From Alphaproteobacteria bacterium (lineage in GTDB: Bacteria > Pseudomonadota > Alphaproteobacteria > SMXQ01), in the NCBI GenBank assembly GCA_036500145.1, contig DASYCO010000055.1:42515-106514 (forward strand): 64,000 nt of DNA, written 5' to 3'. Each line of letters opens with the position of its first letter. Positions within the stretch are counted from its first letter, which is position 1. Both the position numbers and the translations under genes were made by a program. A model generated the notes under the pieces. It was not told where the DNA came from. It ran no database searches and was given only the letters and a program-made list of their open reading frames with translations. This document shows positions 29,598 through 38,381 of this stretch, in pieces.

Positions 29598-30344
29598 ATG
29601 ACCTCCTCCGCAACCCCGACGCCTGCCGCAACCGCCAAGCCGATCATCCGCCTCGACGGCGTGCAGCTCAGCCTGCCGAGCGCCGCCGGCCTCGTGCATA
29701 TCCTGCGCGGCATCGACCTTGTGGTGAACGAGGGCGAAAGCGTCGGCGTCGTCGGCCCCTCGGGCTCGGGCAAGTCGACCATGGTGATGATCATGGCGGG
29801 CCTGGAGCGCGCCAGCGCCGGCCGCGTCACCGTCGACGGCGCCGACTACGCCGCCATGAACGAGGACGCGCTGGCCCTGTTCCGCCGCAACGCCGTCGGC
29901 ATCGTCTTCCAGTCCTTCCATCTCGTGCCCGCCATGACGGCGCTGGAGAACGTCGCCATCCCGCTCGAGCTGGCGGGGCGGCGCGACGCCTTCGAGCGCG
30001 CCCGCGCCGAGCTGGAGGCCGTCGGGCTCGGCCATCGCCTCAGCCACTATCCGTCGCAGATGTCGGGCGGCGAGCAGCAGCGCGTCGCCCTGGCGCGCGC
30101 CTTCGCCCCCGAGCCGAAATTGATCCTCGCCGACGAGCCCACCGGCAACCTCGACGGCGCCAACGGCCGCCAGGTCGTCGACCTGCTGTTCGGCGCGCAG
30201 AAGCGCCTCGGCACCACGCTGGTGCTGATCACCCACGACGCCGAGCTGGCGCAGCGCTGCTCGCGCGTGGTGCGCATGGCCGACGGCCGCATCGCCAGCG
30301 AAGAGGCCGGCGCGGCGCACGGCAACCCGCAAGCCGCGCAATGA
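29598..30344 (+). CDS. ABC transporter ATP-binding protein (YbbA/LolD-like)
   Basis: Walker A GPSGSGKST, signature LSGGEQQRVALARA, Walker B LILADEPTGNLD. Confidence 0.85.
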   Translation: MTSSATPTPAATAKPIIRLDGVQLSLPSAAGLVHILRGIDLVVNEGESVGVVGPSGSGKSTMVMIMAGLERASAGRVTVDGADYAAMNEDALALFRRNAVGIVFQSFHLVPAMTALENVAIPLELAGRRDAFERARAELEAVGLGHRLSHYPSQMSGGEQQRVALARAFAPEPKLILADEPTGNLDGANGRQVVDLLFGAQKRLGTTLVLITHDAELAQRCSRVVRMADGRIASEEAGAAHGNPQAAQ

Positions 30345-30357
30345 CGACAAGGCCGCA

Positions 30358-32961
30358 ATGACAATGCGCCAGGCCACATCGCGCGGGACGACAGACGTCG
30401 CCGCCGCGTCGGGCTGGACCCTCGCCTTCCGGCTGGCGCGGCGCGAGCTGCGCGGCGGCTTCACCGGCTTCCGCCTGATGATGGCCTGCCTGGCGCTCGG
30501 CGTGGCGGCCATCGCCGGCATAGGCTCCTTCTCCGCCACCATCGGCGAATCGCTGCAGAACGACGCGCGCGCCCTGCTCGGCGGCGACATCGAGCTGCGC
30601 CTGACCCAGCGCCAGGCGGCGCCGGAGCAGAAGGCCTACCTCGCGCAGCAGGGCACCCTTTCCTCCATCGCCACCATGCGCGCGATGGCCTCGACGATTG
30701 CCGACCAGCCTGCGCGCCGCCTGGTCGAGCTGAAGGCGGTCGACAAGGCCTACCCGCTCTATGGCGAGGTCGGGCTCGACGGCGCGGCCAGCTTCGCCGA
30801 CGCCCTGGCGCCGGAAACGCGCAATGGCGAAACGCTCTACGGCGCGGTGGCGCAGCCCGACCTGTTCAGCCTGCTCAAGCTCAAGCCCGGCGACGTCGTG
30901 CAGGTCGGCGAGGCGAAGTTCGTGCTGCGCGCGACGCTGCTGCGCGAGCCGGACGCCGCCGGCGACGTCTTCAAGCTCGGGCCCTCCTTCCTCGTCAGCG
31001 ACGCCGGCCTGAAGGCAAGCCAGCTCGAGCAGCCCGGCAGCCTCATCGTCTACAAGTACCGGCTCGGCCTGCCGGCCGGCACCGACCTCGCGGCCTGGAG
31101 CGAGCAGACGACGAGGGCCTTCCCCAACGCCGCCTGGCGCATCCGCACGCTCGACGACGGCGCGCCCGGCATCGGCCAGCAGCTCGACCGCCTGAACTTG
31201 TTCTTCACGCTGATCGGCCTAACCGCCCTGCTCGTCGGCGGCATCGGCGTCGCCAACGCGGTCAAGAGCTACCTCGACGGCAAGACCGCGACCATCGCCA
31301 CCTTCAAATGCCTCGGCGCGCCCTCGGCGCTGATCTTCCGCGTCTACCTGCTGCAGATCATGGTGATGGCGCTCGGCGGCGTCGCGCTCGGCCTGATCGT
31401 CGGCGCGGTCTTGCCCGCCGCCGGCTTGAACGCCGTGCGCGACAACCTGTCGCTCGACGTGCATTTCGGCCTGCATGCGCAGCCGCTGCTGCTCGCCGCC
31501 GCCTATGGCGTGCTGACGGCGCTCGCCTTCGCGCTCTGGCCCCTGGCCCGCGCCCGCGAGGTTCCGGCGGCGCATCTGTTCCGCGACCTCGTAAGCCCCG
31601 ACCGCGTGTGGCCGCGCCCGAGCCTGATCGCGGCGACGGCGCTCGCCGGCCTGGCGCTCGCCGGCCTCGCCTACGTCTCGGCGACCGAACGCCAGTTCGC
31701 GCTCTGGTTCATCCTCGCCGCCATCGCCACGCTCGTCGTGTTCCGCCTGCTCGCCAGCGTCATCACGCGCGCCGCGCGGGCGCTCGGCCATCGCCTGACC
31801 GGGGCGTCGCTGCGCTGGCCGCTGTTCAACTTCGCGCTGGCCAACCTGCACCGGCCCGGCTCGCCCGCCGGCATCATCCTGCTGTCCTTCGGCATCGGCC
31901 TCACCGTCTTCGTCACGCTGATGCAGATCGAGGGGAACCTGAACGCGCAGATCAGCGAGCGCATTCCGGCCGAGGCGCCGTCCTACTTCTTCGTCGACAT
32001 CCAGCCGCAGCAGGTGGCGGACTTCGACAGGATCGTCGGCGGTACGCCCGGCATTTCCAAGCTGCAGCGCATGCCGTCGCTGCGCGCGCGCATCGTCGCC
32101 ATCAACGGCGCGGAGGTGAGCGAGGACAACGTCGCCCCCGAAGCGCGCTGGGCCGTGCGCTCGGACCGCGGCCTGACCTACAGCGCCACCATGCCCGACG
32201 GCGCCAAGGTCGTGGCCGGCAAATGGTGGGCGCCTGACTACCAGGGCCCGCCGCTGATCTCCTTCGACGCCAGCGTCGCCGCCGGCATGCACATCGGCGT
32301 CGGCGACAACTTGACCTTCGACGTGCTGGGGCGGCGCATCACCGCGACCATCGCCAACCTGCGCCAGGTCAACTACACGACGCTGAGCCTCAACTTCGCG
32401 GTCATCTTCGCGCCGGGCACGCTGGAGGGCGCGCCGCAGACCCACATCGCCACCGTCACGGCGACGCCGGCCGCCGAAGACGTCGTGCGCGAAGCCGTGC
32501 TGTCGCGCTTTCCCAACGTAACCGCGGTCAGCGTGAAGGACGCGCTGGCGACCGCCGCCGACGCCTTCGGCCGCATCGCCACCGCCGCGCGCGCCCTCGC
32601 CAGCCTCGCCCTGATCTCGGGCGTGCTGGTGCTCGCCGGGGCCATCGCCGCCGGCCGGCGCGCGCGCATCTACGACGCCGTGGTGCTGAAGGTGCTGGGG
32701 GCGACGCGGCGCAACCTGCTCGCCGCTTACGTCGTCGAATATGCCGCCATCGGCCTTTCGGCTTCCGTGATCGCCGCCGGGCTCGGCACGTTGGCGGGCT
32801 GGCTGATCGTGACGCGCATCATGCGCGCCGACTGGGTCTTCCTGCCCGGCACGCTCGTCGCCACCGCCGCCGTCTGCACGCTCGCCGTCGTCGCCTTCGG
32901 CTTCGTCGGCACCTGGCGCGCGCTCGGCCAGAAGGCGTCGCCGATCCTGCGTGCGAGATAA
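30358..32961 (+). CDS. ABC transporter permease, FtsX-like duplicated (YbbP-like), 867 aa
   Basis: Two FtsX-type 4-TM modules separated by large periplasmic loops. Directly follows the ATPase. Confidence 0.75.
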   Translation: MTMRQATSRGTTDVAAASGWTLAFRLARRELRGGFTGFRLMMACLALGVAAIAGIGSFSATIGESLQNDARALLGGDIELRLTQRQAAPEQKAYLAQQGTLSSIATMRAMASTIADQPARRLVELKAVDKAYPLYGEVGLDGAASFADALAPETRNGETLYGAVAQPDLFSLLKLKPGDVVQVGEAKFVLRATLLREPDAAGDVFKLGPSFLVSDAGLKASQLEQPGSLIVYKYRLGLPAGTDLAAWSEQTTRAFPNAAWRIRTLDDGAPGIGQQLDRLNLFFTLIGLTALLVGGIGVANAVKSYLDGKTATIATFKCLGAPSALIFRVYLLQIMVMALGGVALGLIVGAVLPAAGLNAVRDNLSLDVHFGLHAQPLLLAAAYGVLTALAFALWPLARAREVPAAHLFRDLVSPDRVWPRPSLIAATALAGLALAGLAYVSATERQFALWFILAAIATLVVFRLLASVITRAARALGHRLTGASLRWPLFNFALANLHRPGSPAGIILLSFGIGLTVFVTLMQIEGNLNAQISERIPAEAPSYFFVDIQPQQVADFDRIVGGTPGISKLQRMPSLRARIVAINGAEVSEDNVAPEARWAVRSDRGLTYSATMPDGAKVVAGKWWAPDYQGPPLISFDASVAAGMHIGVGDNLTFDVLGRRITATIANLRQVNYTTLSLNFAVIFAPGTLEGAPQTHIATVTATPAAEDVVREAVLSRFPNVTAVSVKDALATAADAFGRIATAARALASLALISGVLVLAGAIAAGRRARIYDAVVLKVLGATRRNLLAAYVVEYAAIGLSASVIAAGLGTLAGWLIVTRIMRADWVFLPGTLVATAAVCTLAVVAFGFVGTWRALGQKASPILRAR

Positions 32962-33181
32962 GGCCGCGTTTCGCCGCTTCGCGGCCCGCGGCGCGCCAAG
33001 CGCATCTAGCGCACGGGCTTGAGTGCGCCGCAACATGCGGTAGCTCACGCGATTGTCAGCCGCCCGGCGCCAATCGTCTTTCATTTTCAATCGCTTGCAT
33101 GAGGCGATGCGGCGCCGCGCGGTCCGGTTTCCGTTGAAAAACCGCCGCGCCATGCCATATTAGCGCAGAGCGAACGCCTCA

Positions 33182-33928
33182 TTGCGTTCACCAGTTTTGA
33201 CGAGGGAAAAGATGACTACCCCCGACAAGCGGTATATGTCCCGCTCCGAAGCCCAGGCCGCCGACATCGACGTCGGCCTGCGCGCCTACATGCTGCAAGT
33301 CTACAACTACATGGCCTCCGGCATCGCGCTGACCGGCATCGTCGCCTACCTGACAGCGTCGTCGCCCGCCATGCTCCAGGCCATCTTCGGCACGCCCCTG
33401 CAGTGGGTCGTTATGCTGGCCCCGATCGGCTTCGTGCTGTTCTTCAGCATCCGCCTGCAGCATATGAAGGCCTCTACCGCCCAGGCGGTGTTCTGGGTCT
33501 TCGCCGCCGCCATGGGTCTGTCGCTCGCGAGCATCTTCGTCGTCTACACGGGCGAGAGCATCGCGCGGGTGTTCTTCATCACTGCCGGCACCTTCGGCGC
33601 CATGAGCCTCTACGGCTACACGACCAAGCGCGACCTGTCGCGCATGGGCTCGTTCCTGATGATGGGCCTGATCGGCGTGGTGATAGCCTCGCTGGTCAAC
33701 ATCTTCATCCAGAGCAGCGCGCTGCAGTTCGCCGTCAGCATCATCGGCGTCCTCGTCTTCGTCGGCCTCACCGCCTACGACACCCAGTCCATCAAGGAGA
33801 TGTACTGGGAAGCCGACGACGAGGAGACGCACAAGAAGAAGTCGATCATGGGCGCGCTGCGCCTCTACCTCGACTTCATCAACCTGTTCATCCTGCTGAT
33901 GCAGCTGTTCGGCAACCGCCGCAACTGA
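33182..33928 (+). CDS. Bax inhibitor-1/YccA family membrane protein
   Basis: Seven-TM pattern with the characteristic C-terminal EAD.E and charged tail. Start may be the MTTPDKRY at 33212. Confidence 0.75.
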   Translation: MRSPVLTREKMTTPDKRYMSRSEAQAADIDVGLRAYMLQVYNYMASGIALTGIVAYLTASSPAMLQAIFGTPLQWVVMLAPIGFVLFFSIRLQHMKASTAQAVFWVFAAAMGLSLASIFVVYTGESIARVFFITAGTFGAMSLYGYTTKRDLSRMGSFLMMGLIGVVIASLVNIFIQSSALQFAVSIIGVLVFVGLTAYDTQSIKEMYWEADDEETHKKKSIMGALRLYLDFINLFILLMQLFGNRRN

Positions 33929-33953
33929 TCGCAGGCATAACGCCTAACGAAAA

Positions 33954-33983
33954 GGCCGGAAGCGCAAGCTTCCGGCCTTTTTC
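33954..33983 (+). terminator. rho-independent terminator
   Basis: GGCCGGAAGCGCAAGCTTCCGGCC followed by TTTTTC. Confidence 0.6.
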
Positions 33984-34049
33984 ATGCCCGCATTTCCCGA
34001 CACCTTCGGATAGACTCTCTCCCTAAATAAAAAACTCCGGGAGACTTCC

Positions 34050-35273
34050 ATGACATTGCACGCGCGCCTCGATGCGCCGCCGCCCCGCATTCCCGCGCAC
34101 CTCGAGCCGCTGCTGACCGCCGAAGCGCCGCGCTTCTCAGGCGCGGAACTGGCGCGCCGGCGCAGCGCGCTGGCCGCAGCCCTCGCCGAGGCCGACGTCG
34201 ACCATGCGCTGCTGATGGGCGGCGACAAGCGGGGCTCGGCGCTGCAATGGCTCACCGGCTGGCCCGCCAACACCAACAGCAACCTGGCGATCTTCACGCC
34301 GGGCGAGCGCGACGTGCTGCTGGTCCCCTACCCCAACCATGTGCCGCAGGCGCAGGTGCTGGCGCCCGACTGCGAGGTGATCTGGCGCGCCGAGGGCTCG
34401 ACCGCCGTGGCCATGGACATCCTCTCCAAGCGCGCGGCCCCTGGAAACGGGGGGCGCAAAGTCGGCATCGTCGGCAACTGCGGCGTCGCCTTCGTCGAGC
34501 GGCTCGCCAAGCTCGGCCTGCAGGCGATCGACCTGACGCGCGCCTACGCCAAGCTGCGACTCATCAAGTCCGACGAGGAGATCGACTGGCTGCGCATCGG
34601 CTGCGCGCTGAGCGACCTCGGCCTCGAAGGCCTGGCGCGCGACGTGCGGCCGGGCATGAACGAGCATGAGCTCGCAACGCTGATCGAGCGCGCCTACCTG
34701 CCCTGGGGCGGCATGACGCAGATCCATTTCCTCGGCCTCACCTCGATGGCGAATCCCGACTGCTGCGTGCCGTCGCAGCTGCCGCGCAACCGCGAGGTCA
34801 AGGCGGGCGACGTGATCTTCACCGAGATCGCCTGCTCCTTCTGGTCCTATCCCGGCCAGGTGCTGCGCACCTTCGCCGTCGAGGCCGAGCCGACGCCGCT
34901 CTACCGCGAGCTCTACGCGGCGGCCGAGGAGACGTTCGCCGCCGTGACCCAGGTGCTGCGTCCCGGCGCCACGCCGCGGGACGTGCTGGAGGCCGCCAAG
35001 TGCCTCGACGGCACCGGCTTCACCATCTGCGACGACCTCGTGCATGGCTACGTCGGCGGCTACCTGCAGCCGATCCTCGGCACATACGAGCGCCCGTCGG
35101 GCCCGGTGCCGGACATGGTCTTTCAGGAGAACATGACGATGGTGGTGCAGCCCTCGGTCGTCACGCGCGACAGCAAGGCAGGCGTGCAGACCGGCGAGCT
35201 GGTGCGCATCACCAAGACGGGATTCGAATCGCTGCATCACGCGCCGCCGGGCTTTCGCCGCGTCGGCGCCTAG
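34050..35273 (+). CDS. M24-family metallopeptidase (Xaa-Pro aminopeptidase/creatinase-like)
   Basis: A creatinase-like N-terminus and a pita-bread C-terminal domain with metal-ligand positions (DVIFTEI..., HGYVGGY). Confidence 0.6.
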   Translation: MTLHARLDAPPPRIPAHLEPLLTAEAPRFSGAELARRRSALAAALAEADVDHALLMGGDKRGSALQWLTGWPANTNSNLAIFTPGERDVLLVPYPNHVPQAQVLAPDCEVIWRAEGSTAVAMDILSKRAAPGNGGRKVGIVGNCGVAFVERLAKLGLQAIDLTRAYAKLRLIKSDEEIDWLRIGCALSDLGLEGLARDVRPGMNEHELATLIERAYLPWGGMTQIHFLGLTSMANPDCCVPSQLPRNREVKAGDVIFTEIACSFWSYPGQVLRTFAVEAEPTPLYRELYAAAEETFAAVTQVLRPGATPRDVLEAAKCLDGTGFTICDDLVHGYVGGYLQPILGTYERPSGPVPDMVFQENMTMVVQPSVVTRDSKAGVQTGELVRITKTGFESLHHAPPGFRRVGA

Positions 35274-35279
35274 GCGCGC

Positions 35280-35957
35280 TCACTTCGCGAGCTGCGCCTT
35301 CAGTTCGGCGACCATCAGCTCCGGCGAGGCGCCGCCACGGAACACGCTGCGCAGCTTGCCGTCCGGCCCCATGAGGTACACGAACGACGTGTGGTCGACG
35401 TTGTAGGCGCCGTCGGCGTCGGGCGCGTTCTTGGAATAGTAGACGCGGTAGGCCTTGGCGACAGCGGCGATCTGCTCGTCCGTGCCGGTCAGCCCCATCA
35501 TGCGCGGATGGAAGGCGGCGACGTAGTCCTTGAGCTGCGACGGCCTGTCGCGCTCCGGATCGACGCTGATCAGCATGGGCTGCACCTTGTCGCCGCTGGG
35601 GCCGAGCTCGTCGATGGCGGTCGCCATGGTCTGCATCTCGGTCGGGCAGACGTCCGGGCAGTAGGTGAAGCCGAAGTAGATCAGCATGAACTTGCCGGCG
35701 AAGGTCGCATCGGTGACCGGCCGGTCGTCCTGGTCGACGAGATTGAACGGCCCGCCGAGGTCGGTGCCGGCCGGCAAGCGCAGCACGGCATTGTTGGTGG
35801 CGCCGGGCGCCGCCGCGACGACGGCGGGTTCCGGCGCAGGCCGCAGCCACAGCACGAGGGCGGCGGCAAGCAAGGCGGCGACGGTCGCGGAAAGGCCGAC
35901 GAGGACGAGACGGCGGCGCGCGGACGGGCCGGCGGGGGGAGACGGCTGGGCGTTCAT
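35280..35957 (-). CDS. SCO1/SenC-family copper chaperone (thioredoxin-like)
   Basis: FGFTYCPDVCPTEM, a CxxxC in the Sco fold, plus an N-terminal membrane anchor. Confidence 0.75.
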   Translation of the reverse strand: MNAQPSPPAGPSARRRLVLVGLSATVAALLAAALVLWLRPAPEPAVVAAAPGATNNAVLRLPAGTDLGGPFNLVDQDDRPVTDATFAGKFMLIYFGFTYCPDVCPTEMQTMATAIDELGPSGDKVQPMLISVDPERDRPSQLKDYVAAFHPRMMGLTGTDEQIAAVAKAYRVYYSKNAPDADGAYNVDHTSFVYLMGPDGKLRSVFRGGASPELMVAELKAQLAK

Positions 35958-36736
35958 GTCCCTGCTTTAGCCGCTGGGTCGGACCGATGCAACCGGGCCT
36001 GCTTCAATTCGCCGAGAGACTGGCGGACGACGCTGAAGGCCGCATGCAGGGCGAGGCCCGCCATGATCGCGGCGACGAGCAGGTCGGGCCAGCGCGTGCC
36101 GGTGGCGAAGACGCCGCTGGCCGCCAGCAGCACGGCAAGGTTGCCGATGGCGTCGTTGCGGGTGCAGAGCCAGACCGAGCGCATGTTGGCGTCGCCCGTG
36201 CGGTACCTGTAGAGCAGCGCCGCGACGCCAAGGTTGGCCGCGAAGGCGATCACGCCGATGACGCCCATCACTTCCGCGTCCGGCGTAACGGCGAAGACAG
36301 CGTTGTAGATCGCCTGGCCTGTCACCCAGAGGCCGAACAGCCCCATGCTGACGCCTTTGAGCAATGCGGAGCGGGCGCGCCAGGCGGCGGCGAGCGCCAG
36401 CACGTAGAGGCTGATGCCGTAGTTGGCGGCGTCGCCGAGGAAGTCGACGGCGTCGGCCAGCAGCGAGACCGAATGGGCGTTCACGCCGGCGATGCCTTCC
36501 ACGGCGAACATGCCGCCGTTGACGATCAGCGCGATCCACAGCACGCGGCGATAGGCCGGATCGACGGCAGGCACCGTGTCGACGGGGCAGCAGTCGCCCT
36601 TCAGCAGGCTGAAGCCATGCTTGTCCGCCGGCTCCGAACCTTGTTCGTGGGCGTGGTCATGGCCGCAGCAGTCGTCCGGCGCCGCGCCATGGGCGTGGTC
36701 ATGAGCGTGATGGTCATGCGCATGGTCGGATGTCAT
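35954..36736 (-). CDS. cation diffusion facilitator (CzcD-like) transporter with His-rich N-terminus
   Basis: N-terminal HAHDHHAHDHAHG...HDHAH metal-binding stretch, then six TM helices with CDF signature residues. Confidence 0.75.
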   Translation of the reverse strand: MTSDHAHDHHAHDHAHGAAPDDCCGHDHAHEQGSEPADKHGFSLLKGDCCPVDTVPAVDPAYRRVLWIALIVNGGMFAVEGIAGVNAHSVSLLADAVDFLGDAANYGISLYVLALAAAWRARSALLKGVSMGLFGLWVTGQAIYNAVFAVTPDAEVMGVIGVIAFAANLGVAALLYRYRTGDANMRSVWLCTRNDAIGNLAVLLAASGVFATGTRWPDLLVAAIMAGLALHAAFSVVRQSLGELKQARLHRSDPAAKAGT

Positions 36737-36741
36737 GGGGC

Positions 36742-37059
36742 TCAGTCCTCCTGCTCATGCTCGTCGTCGGGCTCGCCGACATGGTGCAGCATGTCGACGA
36801 GCATGTGGCTGATGTGCTCGTCGGCTGGCGAATAGAAGGCCTGCTTGCCCTGCCGCGCCTTGCGCAGGATGCGCGCGGCGCGCAGCAGGCGCAGGTGATG
36901 GCTGACGAGCGACGGCGAAGCGCCCGTCTCGGCGGCGATCTCGGCCACGGCGCGCGGCCCGGCGAGGCAGGCGACGATGATCTTCAGCCGCGTCGAATCC
37001 CCCATCAGCCGGAAAATTTCGGAAAGCTGGAGGATATGGCTGTCTGCTTCGCTGTTCAT
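36742..37059 (-). CDS. ArsR/SmtB-family metal-responsive repressor (CzrA-like)
   Basis: HTH RLKIIVACLAGPRAVAEIAAETGASPSLVSHHLRLL and metal-site His residues in the C-terminal helix. I prefer the MNSEAD start so that the operator overlaps the start region. Confidence 0.7.
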   Translation of the reverse strand: MNSEADSHILQLSEIFRLMGDSTRLKIIVACLAGPRAVAEIAAETGASPSLVSHHLRLLRAARILRKARQGKQAFYSPADEHISHMLVDMLHHVGEPDDEHEQED

Positions 37060-37086
37060 ACATATGAACATATGTTCATATGTATG
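37057..37086. promoter_or_regulatory. perfect 30-bp palindromic operator (12-2-12 SmtB/CzrA-type) at the 5' end of the arsR-CDF-SCO operon
   Basis: CATACATATGAACATATGTTCATATGTATG is exactly self-complementary. The core ATATGAACATATGTTCATAT matches known CzrA/SmtB operators. Confidence 0.6.
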
Positions 37087-37171
37087 GGTCGTCAAGCCGG
37101 TAGGACAGGCTCAAGCGGCGGATTCGGGCTATCCTGACCCTCCCCCATTCGCAGTCTGAGTATTTATCCCC

Positions 37172-38116
37172 ATGACGACCCCCGACGACACGCCGAAGCC
37201 CGAAACCAGCCCGGCCGATTCCCTCACCCCCAAGCCGATGGAAGGCTCGCCCGAGCAGAAGCCGCGCAAGCCCGTCAGCCCGTCGGGGCCCGCCTACAAC
37301 AATCCAGAATTCATGGGCAGCCTGGAGGCGCGCACGCTGCGCATCCTCGCGGAATATCTCGAGCCCGAGAAGCGCTTCCGCGACCATGACATCAAGGACA
37401 CCATCGTCTTCTTCGGCTCGGCGCGCATCCTGTCGCGCGAGCAGGCGGAGGCGGCCCTGGCCGTGGCGCGCGCCGGCGGCCCGGCCCTCCACGGCGAGAA
37501 GGAGACGCCCGGCGAGCGGCTGGAGCGCGCCGAGCTCGCCCTCTTCATGTCCCGCTACTACGAGGACACGCGCGAGCTGTCGCGCCGGCTGACGCTCTGG
37601 TCGAAGGGCCTGCACGGCCACGGGAAGGGCCGGCGCTTCGTCGTCTGCTCGGGCGGCGGGCCCGGCATCATGGAGGCGGCGAACCGCGGCGCGTCGGAAG
37701 GGCGCGGCATGAACATCGGCCTCAACATCGAGCTGCCGTTCGAGCAGGAGCCCAACCCCTACACGACGCACAGCCTCAACCTCGACTTCCACTACTTCTT
37801 CATGCGGAAGTTCTGGTTCGCCTACCTCGCCAAGGCGATGATCGCCATGCCCGGCGGCTTCGGCACCTTCGACGAGCTGACCGAGATCCTGACGCTGATC
37901 CAGACCCTGAAGATCAAGAAGAAGATGCCGATCGTGCTGTTCGGCACCGAGTTCTGGAACGAGGTGATCAACTTCGACGCGCTGGTGAAGTACGGCACCA
38001 TCAGCAAGCGCGACCTCGACCTGATGTACCGCACCGATTCGGTCGACGACGCCTTCGCGCATGTCACCCAGGAGCTGACGCGGCTCTACATCGACGATCC
38101 CACCGGCACCATGTAG
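37172..38116 (+). CDS. LOG-family protein (TIGR00730; cytokinin riboside 5'-monophosphate phosphoribohydrolase-like)
   Basis: VCSGGGPGIMEAANRGA and PGGFGTFDEL motifs. Confidence 0.75.
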   Translation: MTTPDDTPKPETSPADSLTPKPMEGSPEQKPRKPVSPSGPAYNNPEFMGSLEARTLRILAEYLEPEKRFRDHDIKDTIVFFGSARILSREQAEAALAVARAGGPALHGEKETPGERLERAELALFMSRYYEDTRELSRRLTLWSKGLHGHGKGRRFVVCSGGGPGIMEAANRGASEGRGMNIGLNIELPFEQEPNPYTTHSLNLDFHYFFMRKFWFAYLAKAMIAMPGGFGTFDELTEILTLIQTLKIKKKMPIVLFGTEFWNEVINFDALVKYGTISKRDLDLMYRTDSVDDAFAHVTQELTRLYIDDPTGTM

Positions 38117-38381
38117 CGCCGGCCGCCAAATCCTTTGGCGGAAATACTGGGCCGGCCACAACTTTAGCGAGTATTTTAAGTAATATTCGCGCGCGTCTAC
38201 TGCTTAAGGATGCATTGTCTCATGTCACGGAAGGGTGCAGTTACTTGTCCCTAAATTCGTGACGTTTTTTAGTTGTCTTCGAGGCGCGTGGTCCGGGGGT
38301 CGCCTGCGTGGCAGTACGCGCGCGCCGAGACGCTGAACGAGACGGCGCCCCGCCAGCCATGCTGCCCAGACGGTAGAGGCG

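Noticed and set aside
31219-33153. 644-aa minus ORF and 309-aa plus ORF (31308..32237) over the ABC permease gene
   Set aside because: Antisense or alternative frame of a clear FtsX-type permease. RD/RG-rich composition.
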